Positions 12,786-27,360 of a stretch of DNA of 64,000 nt are shown here, in pieces. Source of the stretch: Bugula neritina. Lineage: Eukaryota; Animalia; Bryozoa. Positions within the stretch are counted from its first letter, which is position 1; every line of letters begins with the position of its first letter. Below the pieces are notes generated by a model. It worked only from the letters and a program-made list of their open reading frames with translations. It did no database searches and had not been told where the DNA came from. The position numbers were made by a program, and so were the translations under genes. Where the stretch lies: positions 14,188,642 through 14,252,641 of the forward strand of contig OZ037770.1 in the NCBI GenBank assembly GCA_964035545.1, in the 5' to 3' direction.

Positions 12786-13595
12786 TAAAGTATTTGAATT
12801 TATCACTCCAATATAGAGTCTAATATACAATTAATAATAATAAAAAATAATAAACAAAAAGTATTCAAGCAATATATGTATATATTTGAGCAACTGAATG
12901 TACACTGAGTTATAAAAACTACACACGGCACACCATCAGTGTGTTTAGTCTAACCTTTTCAGCTCTTCAAGCCCTCAGCTCAGCAAACTTATTTTTTAAA
13001 TATTTTCATCAATTCCTTAAACTATTAGTGTACTTGTTTATCAAAAAGATGTTTTGAGACCAGGCATTGCTTGTCACGCATTCACGAAACAAAATTTTTG
13101 TAGAAAGGTTATGTAGTCATGTGTTAAAAGCCAACAAAATTGATGACAGTTATTTGATGCAGTCTAAAATTTGATGTCACCAAATATTGTTGCACAAGCA
13201 AACATAACACCTGGATGTATTTCTTGAAACATAATTATAAATCAGTAGCACGTAATTAAATTTCTGATAGATAAATCAATATTTTGTTTTGATGTTATGC
13301 TTTTCATTTCTGCATTATATAAATGAGCTTTTTGATTATACAGATTATGCCATTAAATGTGCGTCATTTATATCTATACGCTAATGTACGTATTATTTGA
13401 TTTCAAATTGAAATCAATATTAAAATATTTGATTTTGAAGTTCATATTAATAGGAGATTTTTATTTTTCCGATTTGTATTGTTTACTTTTTATTTAACAG
13501 GAAATCATCTTAATTCCACTTTAGATACAGCACAGTTTGCAATATTATAGCTACTCGGCAATGTTACTTAATTCAACCTACCTTAAGCAGCAGAT

Positions 13596-16326
13596 ATGCA
13601 AATTTTACGCATTTCTTCTATTGCTATCTTTATATTTATCTTACTCTGCTTTACAGTTAGTACCTTGTTTGGTGATCAAACCAATTATTATAAAAGGTAT
13701 TGTACTCTAATATAAAATTTGCTACCAGTATATAATTATTTAATATTTCTATAATAGTCTATAATAGTTACATCATAAAGGTTGAATGTTTCTAAAATAT
13801 TTGTTAAATGTTTTGCACCTTTAAATTGTATATTATGTGTACACATTATTGTTTTTATATTTTTATGTATGTTATATCATCGTATTTGATAATAATGGTT
13901 TAAGTTGATAGCAAATTTATATTAGCTTGTGCATGTATTACATATCAGATATTTTTGCTTCCACTTGGCGTCTTGTTTTTAGCTGAAGCAAAAGTGTGGC
14001 TAATTTATTAACACTTTTGAAGGAAATTATGCACTTTATCCCAATTCATTGTTGCTTGAAGATTCTCTGCATTGTGTGAGATCTAGTCATGTTTAAGCTC
14101 TCACATGATTTATTTGAAGCCTGTTTACTGGAGATGCCAAGGTAATAACGTGGAACAACACCTTAGAACTTGATGTCATCAGATGTCTGATAGAGGACCC
14201 ACTGAATACATCCAACTATCTGATTGGTGGAAATGAAAATGTCATAGTTCACCTGGACACACACACTCGGACTCAAACTGTACTTCTTGGAAAATTCCAA
14301 AAATTATCGTAAGCCATTTAATTTTATTATTTTAAGTATTTTTATTTCATTTTAGAATTGTATTGTAAAAGTTTTATAATTTTATCGCTGTTATTGATAT
14401 TGATTGTACTTTTAGAAATATATTTCCTTAAAATTTATAGCTTTTTTTTCTAAATTATGTAATTTTTCTTAGAATGGTGCAATTGCTTTAATATTTTGCA
14501 ATTTGCAAATAGGATAATGTTGACAATGCTGTCATTCTAAAAATAATGAAGCCTGAGCTTTTACAAGCTTAGAGCCAATAATATGGAAGTTTTAGCATAT
14601 ATGTCATTCACTATTCCCAGATATGCTGAGGGTACAGGCACCAAGGCTAGACTTGGATCAATTTCCGATATGGTTTTAATTGACTCAACAAAGAATATTA
14701 TTGTGTTTGTCGACCACCAAAACTGCTGTCTGAGGAGTTTCAGAAGAGATGAGCTGATTACTGCCCAATTCGCTGGGAAGTGCACGGTTTGTGGCGATGC
14801 TGATGGACAGCATCCAGACGCAAGATTAGATAAGATTCACTCTCTAGTGTATGATGCCTACACTGGCAGCATTTTCATGAGTGAAAAACTAACTGGAAAA
14901 CTGAAGCAACTCTTTATTGAAGTGGGAGAAATTGTCACTATTGCTGCGTATGACATTGGGGTTATTGGCAACTTTAAAGACTTTCAAACAGCTTCTTTAA
15001 ACATAGATAGCTTTTATATCTTAGGAAGAAAAGGCTTTTTCAAGTCAGGTAATAGAACTTTAGAACAGATTATAACGTATCTTGAGGATGGTGAAAGTGG
15101 GTCAAGGCTTGTCTCTTTGTCCCCCCACCTCTTTGTAATGAATTCTGGTGAGAAGAACTCAGCCGAGATTTTTGACGCAAACACCAATACCTCGGAGACA
15201 ATATGCGAGAAAAGCCAGATGTATTCTGATGTCAGTATCCTGAACTGCTCTCTGGCTGACAGGTTATACCAGCTGGCAGCAAGTGGAAATTCCATTTACA
15301 TGGCAACTGCTAACAAAGAGGAAATAAGACTCAACATCCTGCAAGGTAAGAAAGCTAATAAAGTTTAATTGTAATAATAATTGTAAGATATACCGTCATA
15401 TAATATTATATACTGCTTAGCAATAGAACGGCCAAAAGACCTTCTGTATGTTTTTTATGTTTTAGACGTCAGTTGAAATACTTTGTATAGTGTGTCAATT
15501 AGTATCATTTCTTAATTTAGCAGTATGTCATAAAAATAGTCAATAACCTACACAATACACTGTAATTTCATTTTAGGAATAATTATAATACAATTATTGT
15601 TGCTATTATTTGGCAGAAAATTGATTTTCTATTTTTAGTAAACTGCACAACCAATGAAACAGAGTACTGGAGCGAATGCAGCAATAACAGAGGTATAGGT
15701 AGGCAAGTTCACCTGGCAGATGTATGTAAACCTTCTCCAGCTGAGAGAAAGTGTTGGAAAGAAAACGATGGTAAATAATTTATTATTATATAATAAAAAA
15801 TGGAAAAAGAAATATGTTGAACAATTTATTATTATATGACAATTATTGGGGAGAGAAAGATGTTAAACAATTTATTATTATATAACAATTAATAGAGAGA
15901 GAAAGATGGTAAATAATTTATTACATAATAATTAATGAAAAGAGAAAGATGGTAAAAATTTGTGTTTATATAACACTTAGTGATCAGAGACAAACATATG
16001 TTATAAATATGAAGTTTATTCTCTCCCCATGCGCAGCTTATTAAAGGATCAGTGCAGAATTATATATAAGTGTTTGTTACATTTGTCCATAATGCCCGTT
16101 CTACCCTCTTTTTGAGACAAAAAGTCGTACTTCTTCTTTTGCAGGCTTTTACGTCAAAGTAAACAGTGGGTGCACAGTGGGTGATGCTGTTGAGGATATA
16201 AGGAACCATTTAGACTGTGCTTCTTACTGTACAAGTCAGCCTTCCTGTGAAGGGTACCAGTTTAGTGAAGAGGGCTGCAGGCTGTCACCAGGTTCCAATG
16301 CTATTGACATCTGCTATGAAAAGTAG
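13596..16326 (+). CDS. Secreted protein paralog A: signal peptide + NHL-repeat/beta-propeller-like region + TSP1-like module + PAN/apple domain
   Basis: Exons 13596-13696, 14120-14308, 14621-15345, 15639-15770, 16145-16326 (phases 2,2,1,1). Signal peptide MQILRISSIAIFIFILLCFTVSTLFG; NHL-like EGTGTKARL..D..NCCLRSF..QFAGKCTVCGDADG; YWSECS..G.GRQ..C..ERKC; DCASYCTSQPSCEGYQF...CRL (PAN-like). Confidence 0.85.
15760..15975 (+). repeat. ~43-47-bp tandem repeat containing the exon-4 donor of paralog A
   Basis: gagaaagatg|gtaaataatttattattatata-like units; GT at 15771 (true donor), ~15816, 15862, 15909, 15952. Confidence 0.75.
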
Positions 16327-17741
16327 TTGTATTAACTTAGCAGCAGTATAAATTTATCAATGTCAATTTTTTATATTTTGTGTTACGGTCCGTTGAAACC
16401 TTTCAGTGTGTTTTTTGATATGTTTTCATTGATTAACAAATTTACTGTTTCTCCTCCCCTTTCCTTTATGTATACTACATGGTAAGAACACTTCCATGCA
16501 GTTGAAACAAATAATTATTAGAAATTATTAGAAATTAATTTAATATAACGATTGCTTTCAGCATATTAAATGAAAGGACACAACCTACATATTTAAAAAA
16601 TATTACTTTAAAATTTTAAATATATAAAATCAATGTAACCTTTTTGAAAGCATTTATGAATGGAGTTTATTTATTATAATAGGCACAATTAGCTTGTATT
16701 GTATTTTTATAGAAATCACACTGCATGAATGGTACATGCTTATGTACATATATTTACAGTTCATGTGATTAAAGCACATGCATACACTCAACACCAAGTA
16801 AAAGGAAATTGAATCTATAGATCGTTCAAGTGTTATATTCAAATATTTAAATTAGCAATTGTAGGCCTATATTTGCTATTAAGACATATAATATGTTCAT
16901 TTTATATATTTTAAAGTACCATAATAAAACTCAAAAAATCAAATAATTGAAGAATAAAATGACACCAACTGGCTCTAAAGGAATATCAGTCTTGAATTAA
17001 AAAGTTTACTAAAATTAGGAGGGAAACTTTGAAAATGCAAACTTTTTATTTCTATGCTAAATAATCAAAGATATACTTACTGGTTTATATCACACATACT
17101 CATAATAAAGTATGTAGTAATCTTTTACATTATAATGCATGCAGTATGTGCTATTTGTTCAAATAAAACTGATAACATTGGAATTTAATATTATATTTTC
17201 TTATACTGAATGATAATATTATTTTATATAGTAAATTCAAAAGAAATATTGCATATATTTTTTTCATTCTTACTTATTATATTCTATTTTATTTTCTATA
17301 AAATCATTGAATATAATATTGCTTAATATTAGCTTACATTATTTACAAGTCTAACAGAAATCTAGATGTGGGATAATATATATAATACAACAATTATTTT
17401 ATATTGTATATTATATATTACACTTTGTAGTTCATATTACAATATATATGTTGCATAATATTTAACTATAGAAATTTATAGCAATACAATACATAATGCA
17501 ATGTATATATAACAAAGAGTGATATTACATTATATATTATACTATCCATTATTTACACTTCTCACATTTCTCAATCAATATTCTGCTATTTATTTTGTTA
17601 ATTGCCATTTTAAAGTTTCATCTTGACAGGAAATTGCTCAATTATAGCTGGCTGAGTTAACGCACAGATAAGTTGCATGCAGTATATAAAACTCTGCTGT
17701 AAAGCTTCACGTTGCATTGCTGCCGGCACAGAAACGAAACT

Positions 17742-20700
17742 ATGATGTATATTTTCCACATCATTTATATTGCCTTCTCAACTTGCCCTTTGTTTTGCGG
17801 CAGTATTTTTGCTGAGGATGCAAATTTTTATAGAAGGTTTGTATATATTTAATTAAAGTTTATTAAGTATTTTATAGATGCTTGTCTAGTTTTATCTGAA
17901 ATCAATTCAGCATTTTCATAGAAGGATTTGCAGATTTCCTTCCAAATACATTTATCGTCAGTGCCATGTTTTATAAAACTGCTTCTTTAATTAATTAGGT
18001 TTTATTAAATGTCTAAATTTAGAGAATTTATTAATGGGGTACTGCACGATCTATGTATATTTTAAAATCTCAGGGTATAATCTGCAATAAGAAATGAGGT
18101 TAAAATTTTGGATGGGGTGGGCCCCCATACTAATTTACATTTTATTTCACATTTTATTTAATTTACGTTATATACTATATATGATTAAAATAAATATATA
18201 GGTCATTCAATTGTTGTTGTTTTTTTAAGCTTGTTTACCGGAGATGTCAAAGTATTTTCATGGAACAACACGTTGGGACTTGGTAACATCAGATGTCTAA
18301 TACAGGACCCACTGAATACATCCAACTATCTGATTGGTGGAGGAGACAGTGTCATAGTTCACCTGGACACACACACTCAAACTCAAACTGTACTTCTTGG
18401 AGAATTCCAAAACCAGACGTAAGCAGCATATAGTTGATTTTACCTCCTCAATAATTACAACATATAATAACATAATAAACATGTTTCTATGATTATTACT
18501 AGTGAAATAACTTGAGTTATGACATTTGGCAAAAGTAGTCAATTGACTGAAATAACCTCACGTTAACTAAGTTAAAAACTGAGCACACAAATCAAGAAAG
18601 ATTAGCAGCCTATTTAGCAATACTTTTAGCCCTAATTAGCAGTCTTGCTTGGTTTACGTTCAATCTTCATCTTGAACCCATGCAATGTTAAATAGCATTT
18701 TTATAGCATGTGTTGTGTGTGTTGTGTTGTTTTAGTAAATAGCATTGAGTGACTATATTATTCAATAGTACATGGATGATGATCTTATATACAACTATTC
18801 TATAAGCTATATTAAAACTTGGGTAATTAATCGTTAATTGTTATGGGCTTTATTGTGCAGATATGTACTCTAAATTAATGAGGAAAGTTTAATGTAGCAA
18901 TTCTAATTGTTGAAAATAAAGAAATAAGAATATCAGCTGCTAGAGTTTTGCATTTTATTTAGCCATAATTTATCTTAGGTGGATCATTTTATATAGTAAT
19001 ATAGCTGAACAGTTTAAGTACAGCACTAAGTTCCACTGCGCTTGCTTTCATTTATAGAATTATTTATACAGTTATTACTAACAAATAATATAGGATATTA
19101 TTGTAAGCAAATGCGCACTTTATAAGGTCTTAGGACGTAATAAGCACATCTTTCTACTCTCTACTAACTTGTTAATTTGTAATCCAAGTGAGTAAATAGA
19201 GAGCTATAACCAGCTATACATAACCATTTAACACGCATCCTAACAAGATCTTCACTTGCACCGAGTGTTTTGAACTTGAAACTGCAATAATAAATATTTT
19301 TGCAACCAATCAATACTTAAGGAGAATATTAAAATGAAGTATATATCGGAGAAGGATGAATTTTAATCCAATAAGTAAAATTATATTTGTCCTGAGCAGT
19401 AGATTTTAATTCCTTATAGGCACTAACATACTTTTCATTAAACATTTCAACATTACGTTGAAGTTGTAGCAGCTTATTTATTTGCTACATTAAAATGTAG
19501 CTTTAACATTAAACTATAATAGGGGGTAATATATGATATATAATATAATATATTTGTGCATCATTTTCACTCATGATTATTACTAATATAGCCTGTTTTC
19601 TATTTATAGTCATAGTGATAATTTTACTTCTTATAATGTGTAAAAATATTGGTCAATTTGAGAAATTGTCTTCCCCATTCATTTAATGTGGTCCATAATT
19701 ATATATTATATAAATTGAACTCGAAATACAGCATGATTATTAATTAATTTGATATTTTGCTTAATTATTATATCCAAAAGTGACTGTGAATGTTTAAAAC
19801 TATTACACAATAAGCTCGTAATTTCAAACAATCTGGTGAATAATTAAATTGTCATTTGGGCAGGTATAAAGAAGGTACTGGTGTGGAAGCTAGAGTAGGA
19901 AAGGTTTACGACATGATTTCAATTGGCTCAGCAGAAAATATGATAGTTTTCACTGATTACTTTCACTGCTGTCTGAGAACTTTTAGTAGAAAAGATCTGG
20001 CAACTTCACAGTTTGCTGGAAAATGTACAGATTGTGGTGATCAAGACGGTAGCCGATTAAATGTTAAACTTGACCAAATTTTTTCTTTACTTTTTGATGT
20101 TACCAGAAATTATATTTATTTAAGTGAAATCAAAACAGGAAAAATAAAGAAGCTATCAGTCGAAAGTGGAGAAGTTACTACAGTATTTTCTGGTAACTTA
20201 GTACTTACAGGTCATCTGCTGGGATTAAGCAAGATTTCTTCAGGAGATGATGAGTTTTTATTTGGCGCAGTAAATGGTATTTTTAGATCCAGTTCTACAA
20301 ACCTTGAGCAGATTATACCAAATGTAGCTGATAGAAATTTTCTTAAAATCCTTTCCTTTTCTCTTCATCTATTTTTCTTTATTGCTAATGATAAGACTTC
20401 AGTTCGAGTTTATGATTTTCGAACCGACTCTTCTGAAATAGTCTGCATGAGAGAACAAGCGCCCTCTGAAGACAATATTCTGAACTGCTCCTTTGTTCAT
20501 AACTTGCATCAACTGACTTCAATCAAGGAATCTGTTTACATTATTTCAGCTAACAAAGATGAAATTAGACTTAATATATTAACAGGTGAGCATGAATTAT
20601 GTAATTACTCCATTGACAGATGTATGTTATTTTGTTCTTTGTATAACTCAGCCATATTGCTATAGCTACAAAGAGTAAAGATATATTATGAGGGCATTCT

Positions 20701-21822
20701 ACTAATTACTCTATTTTCTCCAAAAATTGTTTTAAGCATTGAAAACACTAAATTTTGTTTATAGACATGCCATTATTCAAAATTACCATGCATAGTATAT
20801 TTTAACACTACCAAAATGGTTACAAATAACCAAATAGTTTATGGCACATGATACTTTTGAGAACTAGAAATACAAATATTGATATATCTTTCTTCACCTA
20901 ATCCTATAAATAAGAGTTTTACTAATTGTATAAGATTATTACTTATATAGACATATAAGCACTTTTTTATAAAAATAATACAATTAAAAACTCATTGATT
21001 TTATAATGGTAATTATACACTTATATATACATGCTGCTGTTTTAATATTGTTTTATATAATATCATCCCTTGCTATGGCGATTAAAAATAAAATCACAAC
21101 TCTTAATTAACATAAAATAATTGAGCTTAACATTTTGAAAAATAATACAATATAATAATTATTATTACTCATACTATGAACATAAAACTGATTTATAACT
21201 TTCAGTAAACTGCACAATCAATGAAACAGAGTACTGGAGTGAATGCAGTGATACTAGAGGTATAGGTAAGCAAGTTTACCTGGGAGATGTGTGTAAACCT
21301 TCTCCGGCTGAGAGAAAGTGCTGGAGAGAGAAAGATGGTAAATAATTTATTATTATATAATAATTAATTAATTAGAGAGATTGAAAGAAGTTTTAGATTG
21401 AAAGCTTGTTTTTATATACAATTAGTGCAGAGAAAGAAATAATAAATGATTTATTATTTTATAACAATTAGTGCAGAGAGAAACATAGTAAATAATTTAT
21501 TATTGTATAATATTTATTGTAGGTTTTTAGAGATTTTATATTACAGCTTGTGAGACCGCCTCAGAGCTTAAAGTATCAATTAAGTTGTATTTCATTTTAA
21601 ATATTTCTTTGCATGAATCAAGTGTTGTGTGTTTCTGCAGGCTTTTACGTCAAAGTAAACAGTGGGTGCACAGTGGGTGATGCTGTTGATAATATCAGGA
21701 ACTATTTAGACTGTGCTTCTTACTGTACAAGTCAGCCTTCCTGTGAGGGGTACCAGTTTAGTGAAGAGGGCTGCAGGCTGTCACCAGGTTCCAATGCTAT
21801 TGACGTCTGCTATAAAAAGTAG
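17742..21822 (+). CDS. Secreted protein paralog B (same architecture as A)
   Basis: Exons 17742-17836, 18230-18418, 19864-20585, 21206-21337, 21641-21822; same phases as A and identical lengths for exons 2 (189), 4 (132) and 5 (182); TATATAAA at ~17683. Confidence 0.85.
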
Positions 21823-24800
21823 CTTTAACTCCTAAAAGTGTGACCATTATTGCTGCACCTCCCTCCCTCCCCCCTATTTCAGGAGGCAGAAAACTGAACT
21901 TTTTCTTTCTGTTCTGAAAATATAATCTATATCGTTTTAATTTTTTTAAGTTTTAGTCTAATTTTAGAACTATTTTTATTGCATGATTGACCTTGTATTT
22001 CAAGCAATGAAGAAAAATAGTAATAATATTTTTCACCAAATTAATGTTTACAATTATGTTGTTATGCTATTTCTATTGATATGTTAAGTTGCAATAAAAC
22101 TTTACAAGAACTATAGCCTTTTCTAAATAAGCATAGGCTACATCACAATTTTTAATAATCAAGTTTCAAGTAAGCTCACAAGGCTTTACTTTCTGCGAAG
22201 TATTATCTTACAACATATGACGTCATGAATGTTGTCAAACTGCTTTAAGATTTGTCTTCTCAACACCACACTTTAATCCAGTAATAAGTATTGGCTTAGG
22301 AATACTTAAATGTAACACAACACAATAATATATTAATTTTGTGATAAAAACTGTATAATATATCACAATACTAATTCTCATAAAATCAACAGTTGGTATC
22401 TTACTACTTTAGTTACACGAATTATAATTCAGAAAAAATATCAGGCCTATATAAGTCAATAAAGGTGCTGTGGAATTTTGCACCATCAGTATTCGCTATT
22501 TTTTTACCAAGCCAAAGTAGCTGAAGAAGAATTTGAATAACCAGCTAATTTCTTATAAATTGACGTAGGCAGTAGTTTACATAGCCGTCACTTCTAACTG
22601 GTGCTAGCTGTCATTGTTTTACAATAAAAATTGTTTCTATAAAAGTATTTAATGACTTTTGAAGTTTCAAACTCTGCAAGACTAAAAATAAATAGTAATT
22701 GCTGGAACATTATTTCCAGTTTTAAAACTTGCAGACATTCATAAACTACATCTATAATAGTGAAATCTTTTAATGTTACTTTTCAACTTCATTTTCATAG
22801 CTTGCTCTGATGCAATGACACACATTCTCTGGTTTATTAGTTCTCTCTAAAGAGAAGGAATGTATGACAGTTGACAACCTGAGACAGTTGCCAGCTGTCA
22901 CTTTGCTCATTACACAAGGCTGTATGTTTACATGCACAGCATTCAATTAAGTTACAATAATTTGTAGCCTTCTATTACTGTTGTGTTTTCAGATAGAGAA
23001 ATAAATATTTGTTGTCGCAAACTGAAAGAAAATAGCAATGTGAAAAAGGTTATATCAATAGGTATAAGTTGCAAGTTACAAGTGTGAGACGAAAGTGTGG
23101 ATAAGTGAAAAATTTTGGGCTTTTATATTAGTCAAAAAGGTTAGCTTTTGTGTATTAGCTATAATAAATGTGGAAAAAGCGTAATATAGCTGGCATAGCT
23201 GAGATGATTTGTGAAAAAGCTTTCATTAAGGGAAAGCTTTGTAAAGTCCCAACAATTACAATGCTTATTTATGACCATATATAGTCTAAAATAAACTACA
23301 TCAATAATAAAGATTAAATTGGTTTTTTCTTCTAAATTTAAGGTCTTTTGCAACATACCATCAGGTTTACAAAAACTAAAAGACAAATAAGCCACAATAG
23401 TAGATATAAGTTAGATATTTGTCTTTACAGCAGGTAAAAATTTTTTTGTTATCATTATTTATTATATAAGCATAGGCCTATATGTCTTCTCTAAAGTGTG
23501 ATTTAAAATGGTAAAAGGACATAATTTAGCTAGCGTAATATACTAAGACAATAAATAATGATATAATATTCTATATTAGATCGGAAAAAAAATTAATATA
23601 TTACGTTTAAATATATCAATTAGTATTACAATATTAAGTCTAATTTTCCATGCTGTCAAAGTACCTACTTTGTTTAATTCAAAACCATTTCAGAATATTT
23701 TACCATAAAATGATTGTTATACACATCTCAGCAGAATATACATGCAATGGATATTTTGCAATATAATAACACAAATTTCAGATTAATCATAAAATATATT
23801 TAATAAAAAGCTCAAAACAGAGAAATAATTACCTTCTCCTTGAAAAATCAAATTAAATATTTATCCCAATAATATAATACATATTACATATTGCTAATTG
23901 ACCCATTATTATAAGTTAAGCTATAATAGCTACAGCTGTGCTAAATATAAGACATTGACACTAGCTTAGCTTAAATAGAGCTATAGTTCTATTTATACAT
24001 GTGTAATACACATCTAGAAAAGCACCTGCTGAGAATTGTCATAAATATTCACTTATAGCTGCCAGTATAAAATTATAACAACCATTGTCATACACTATGC
24101 ATATATTATATAATGTTTTAGATAAAGTAAAAACTATCCGCTCAGGCTTAACAAGTTCAATAAATAAACTTTTTTTTATAGGCAGTATAAATCCCCTAAT
24201 TTTGGTATAAATATATACATGAAGGTTCCATGTTTTATCCAAAAAAGTAAGTGAAAATAAGTCCATGCTTATGCAAGAAACCAAACAAGTATACGTACAG
24301 TACTTATTGCAACTTCATTGCCTAATTTGTTCACATATAAAGCAAAACAAAACATATTGCATTCGATTCTAATAAAAATTATTGCTTCATTTTCAGTCCA
24401 AGTGCAAACACTACACCGTGTGAAAATGCGTAGCAAGTAGAAGATAAATAATTATATAATTAGTTGAGATGCAATGCACTAGCTAAGCAGGTATTTTCAC
24501 TAAATGGTTTTACGTCTAGTCTAGACTATAGCTGTAATTCAAGCCAAGTATATGACACTTCATATCTTTCAAAAATCCTACAATAACAGAATTATTTATT
24601 TTTTTGATAAAGGTTTTGTAAAAGTAAGCCAACTTTTTTTCAGGTAAACTATCGCAACTTGTAAAGTATTATGCGTGATGAAAATGTATAAGCTATAACA
24701 TATATAAGCTATATGCTACATATGCAAACCACATTAATTAATATTTTATACCAAACACTTGCTAAGCTAATTTAAACTTGTGAGACCTTAATAATCTATT

Positions 24801-26074
24801 CGTATTATGTTTATATACAATATTTGGTTTATAACTACAATTATTCTTATATAATCAAAAAGAATTCTAATTACAAGTTTCAACGCAAGTTATTTCTGAA
24901 AAACACTGCAATAAAGTGGTTTATTTTATAGAATACGCAGTAGCATTAAATTTTTATTGAAAATAATATTTCATCCACGTGAGTAAAATATGCAAATAAA
25001 TAAATAACGCAGCAGATGCTAATAAATGAAAGTCAGGTATGCTACAGGTATAAACATTTACTAGCCTTTGTATTATGTTTTCTAGGAGTTGCATTAAATT
25101 AATAATTATGATAATTAGGGTATATGCTTGCCAATTATGACATTTAATCTGTCAATTTATGATGGGAACAGCTTTTGGTGAACTTTTTACAACTAATTCA
25201 ATTGCCTTGTAAACAAAAACTGGTTTTGGTAAACTTTAGTTGAGTATTGGTTGAAATATCAAACGTGATTTTCCTTCAACCATATCTATTAACATTCTAG
25301 GCCTCAGCAAATTATTATTAAAAATACTTTGCCCTTTCATACTGGAATACCCGTCTAGCCATAATAATTCTATACTGAGTGTTCTAAATTTGAAACCAGC
25401 AGAGCAAAGAGAGATAAAGAATTTTAGTTTATTTTACTTTTTTTGTAAACAAGCTTACTTATTCTGAACGAATTATTTTATTATGAACATAACATATTGT
25501 AATTACTCGGTGAAAATCATTAGATGTTGCGTAAATTTAGAGCGGTTTTTAAATTGTGTGAACATAATGTGTTGAAAAGCAAATCCTACAGAAAACAATT
25601 TGTAACTTCTTTCAAAACTATTATTTTAATGGAATTCAAATGTTCACAGCTTTTTCATGTTAGCCTAATTTCTTACTATATATTTGTTAAGATGAGAAGG
25701 GTATGACTTTTCCCACTATTTTTTTGTACAAAAACTTGTATCTTATAAAATTTTATTATATTATAGTATAATAAGTTTTATAACAATTTCAGTATGATAC
25801 AATTAAAAACTATACATTATATTAAATTAATAATCATATAAAATTTACTTTTATATTATTACAATATTATAATTCTCTTTATATATAAACATCATTAATT
25901 TTTATATCACGTTGTTCAAATTATTGCATATTAAAATTATTATTTGATCTTAAAATAATGTTATGTTATCATTATAATAGTATATTGTGCCATATTATTT
26001 AATAGTTTATTACGCTATAACATACAACATTATAATATGTTATACATTGTATCATATTATATGTTAACATATTA

Positions 26075-26180
26075 TAGTATATTATATTATATTATACTAT
26101 ATTATATTATATTATATTATACTATATTATACTATATTGTATTATATTATATTATATTATATTATATTATATTATATTAT
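26075..26180. repeat. (ATATT)n pentanucleotide microsatellite
   Basis: Direct inspection. Confidence 0.9.
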
Positions 26181-26473
26181 GCTATGTATTTATATTTTAC
26201 ATTTTATATGGCATAATTTATATAATTTGTTGTAATTATAATATATTTTTTTATATTATACTATTTTGCAAACCATCTGGGGGGGGGAGGCAAAGGATGA
26301 GGAGGGGATTTTCACTATACAGCCTTCACTAGTGCTTACCTAAGTTGGGTTTTAATGAACATGTTAAAGCATGAACAATCTAAAACTGCTTAGGTTTATT
26401 GTTATTATTATGTTGGTTGTGGCTTCCATTACTTATCTCAGGGACCTAATAAAGATAGTGCATTGAAGATAGT

Positions 26474-26652
26474 GGGAGCAGCGATAATTTAGGAGTTAGA
26501 TAGCTAGCTTAGTAAAGTCATGCACGAGCAATTGGTCTTGTTAGGAAGAGCATTCGGTCATAGCTGCTCCTGTGCCACATCAGAAAAAGTCATTTAAAAA
26601 CCCTTTCCATCAAGGTTTCTCACAGGGATAGATACTATAAACTTGCTTGAGT
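26474..26652 (+). mobile_element. SINE family 1, internally deleted copy
   Basis: gttaggaagagcattcggtcatagctgctcctgtgcc...ggtttctcacagggatagatactataaacttgcttgag. Confidence 0.75.
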
Positions 26653-27279
26653 TGAAGCTAGTGGTTACGTTCCCACCACAGCCACTTTGTATTAATTCAA
26701 TTTAAAGCCCATAAAATTTGCCATACATATATGGTTACAAGGCATAAAAATTATTGCTTGATTCATTAATTTTTGTTATGTAACAGTATAGTTTCTTTTG
26801 CAATCTGAAAGTAAGAATTCGGACTTGCAACTTTGCACAGCATATCGGCATATTCTATAATACTGGTTCTCTTATTCATGTAGATTATGCTAAATGTAGA
26901 TATGGAGTTAACAAGTTTAAATATTTTACGATGGTCACTATATATTGGTTATACTCATGCCAGTATACAAAAGTCTGTGCTCAGTTAGATAAGCTTTTTT
27001 CAATAAATAGAAAAAGGAATGAAACAGTTGATATAAAAATTGTCATTTATTGCAACAAACATAGCAGTAGTTCTAAGTCTGTTGTGTAAACAGCAGCTGT
27101 TTAGAATAGATTTCTTATATATCTGTAATAAGTTTTAAATCCAGAATTGAGAAGGTAAACTTTTTAATTTTTTGCATATCTAACTAATATATAGTATGCT
27201 TATTATCCTTATTCTATTATTTTGTTTATTTGATTCTATTTATTAGTTTATGGCAGCAACAATAATATTTCCTGCAATG

Positions 27280-27360
27280 CGATTGGCTGTTCGCAAACTA
27301 TGCTGCTGTCAACAGCCATCAGAGTTAATTAGAGAACGATCTACTTGGTATATAATATCA
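27280..27360 (+). promoter_or_regulatory. Candidate MyoD promoter (reverse CCAAT GATTGG at 27281; TATATAA ~27348) preceding a putative non-coding first exon
   Basis: The MyoD ATG exon is preceded by an acceptor (ttactccag, 29539), so an upstream exon is expected; E-boxes CAGCTG/CAGGTG flank this site. Confidence 0.35.

Noticed and set aside
12428-12830. Three overlapping minus-strand ORFs (LLYACSML...)
   Set aside because: Translation of an 11-bp minisatellite
15014-15295. Antisense ORFs over real exons (also 14561, 31748, 48895, 49802, 57563, 60708)
   Set aside because: Shadow ORFs of coding exons on the opposite strand
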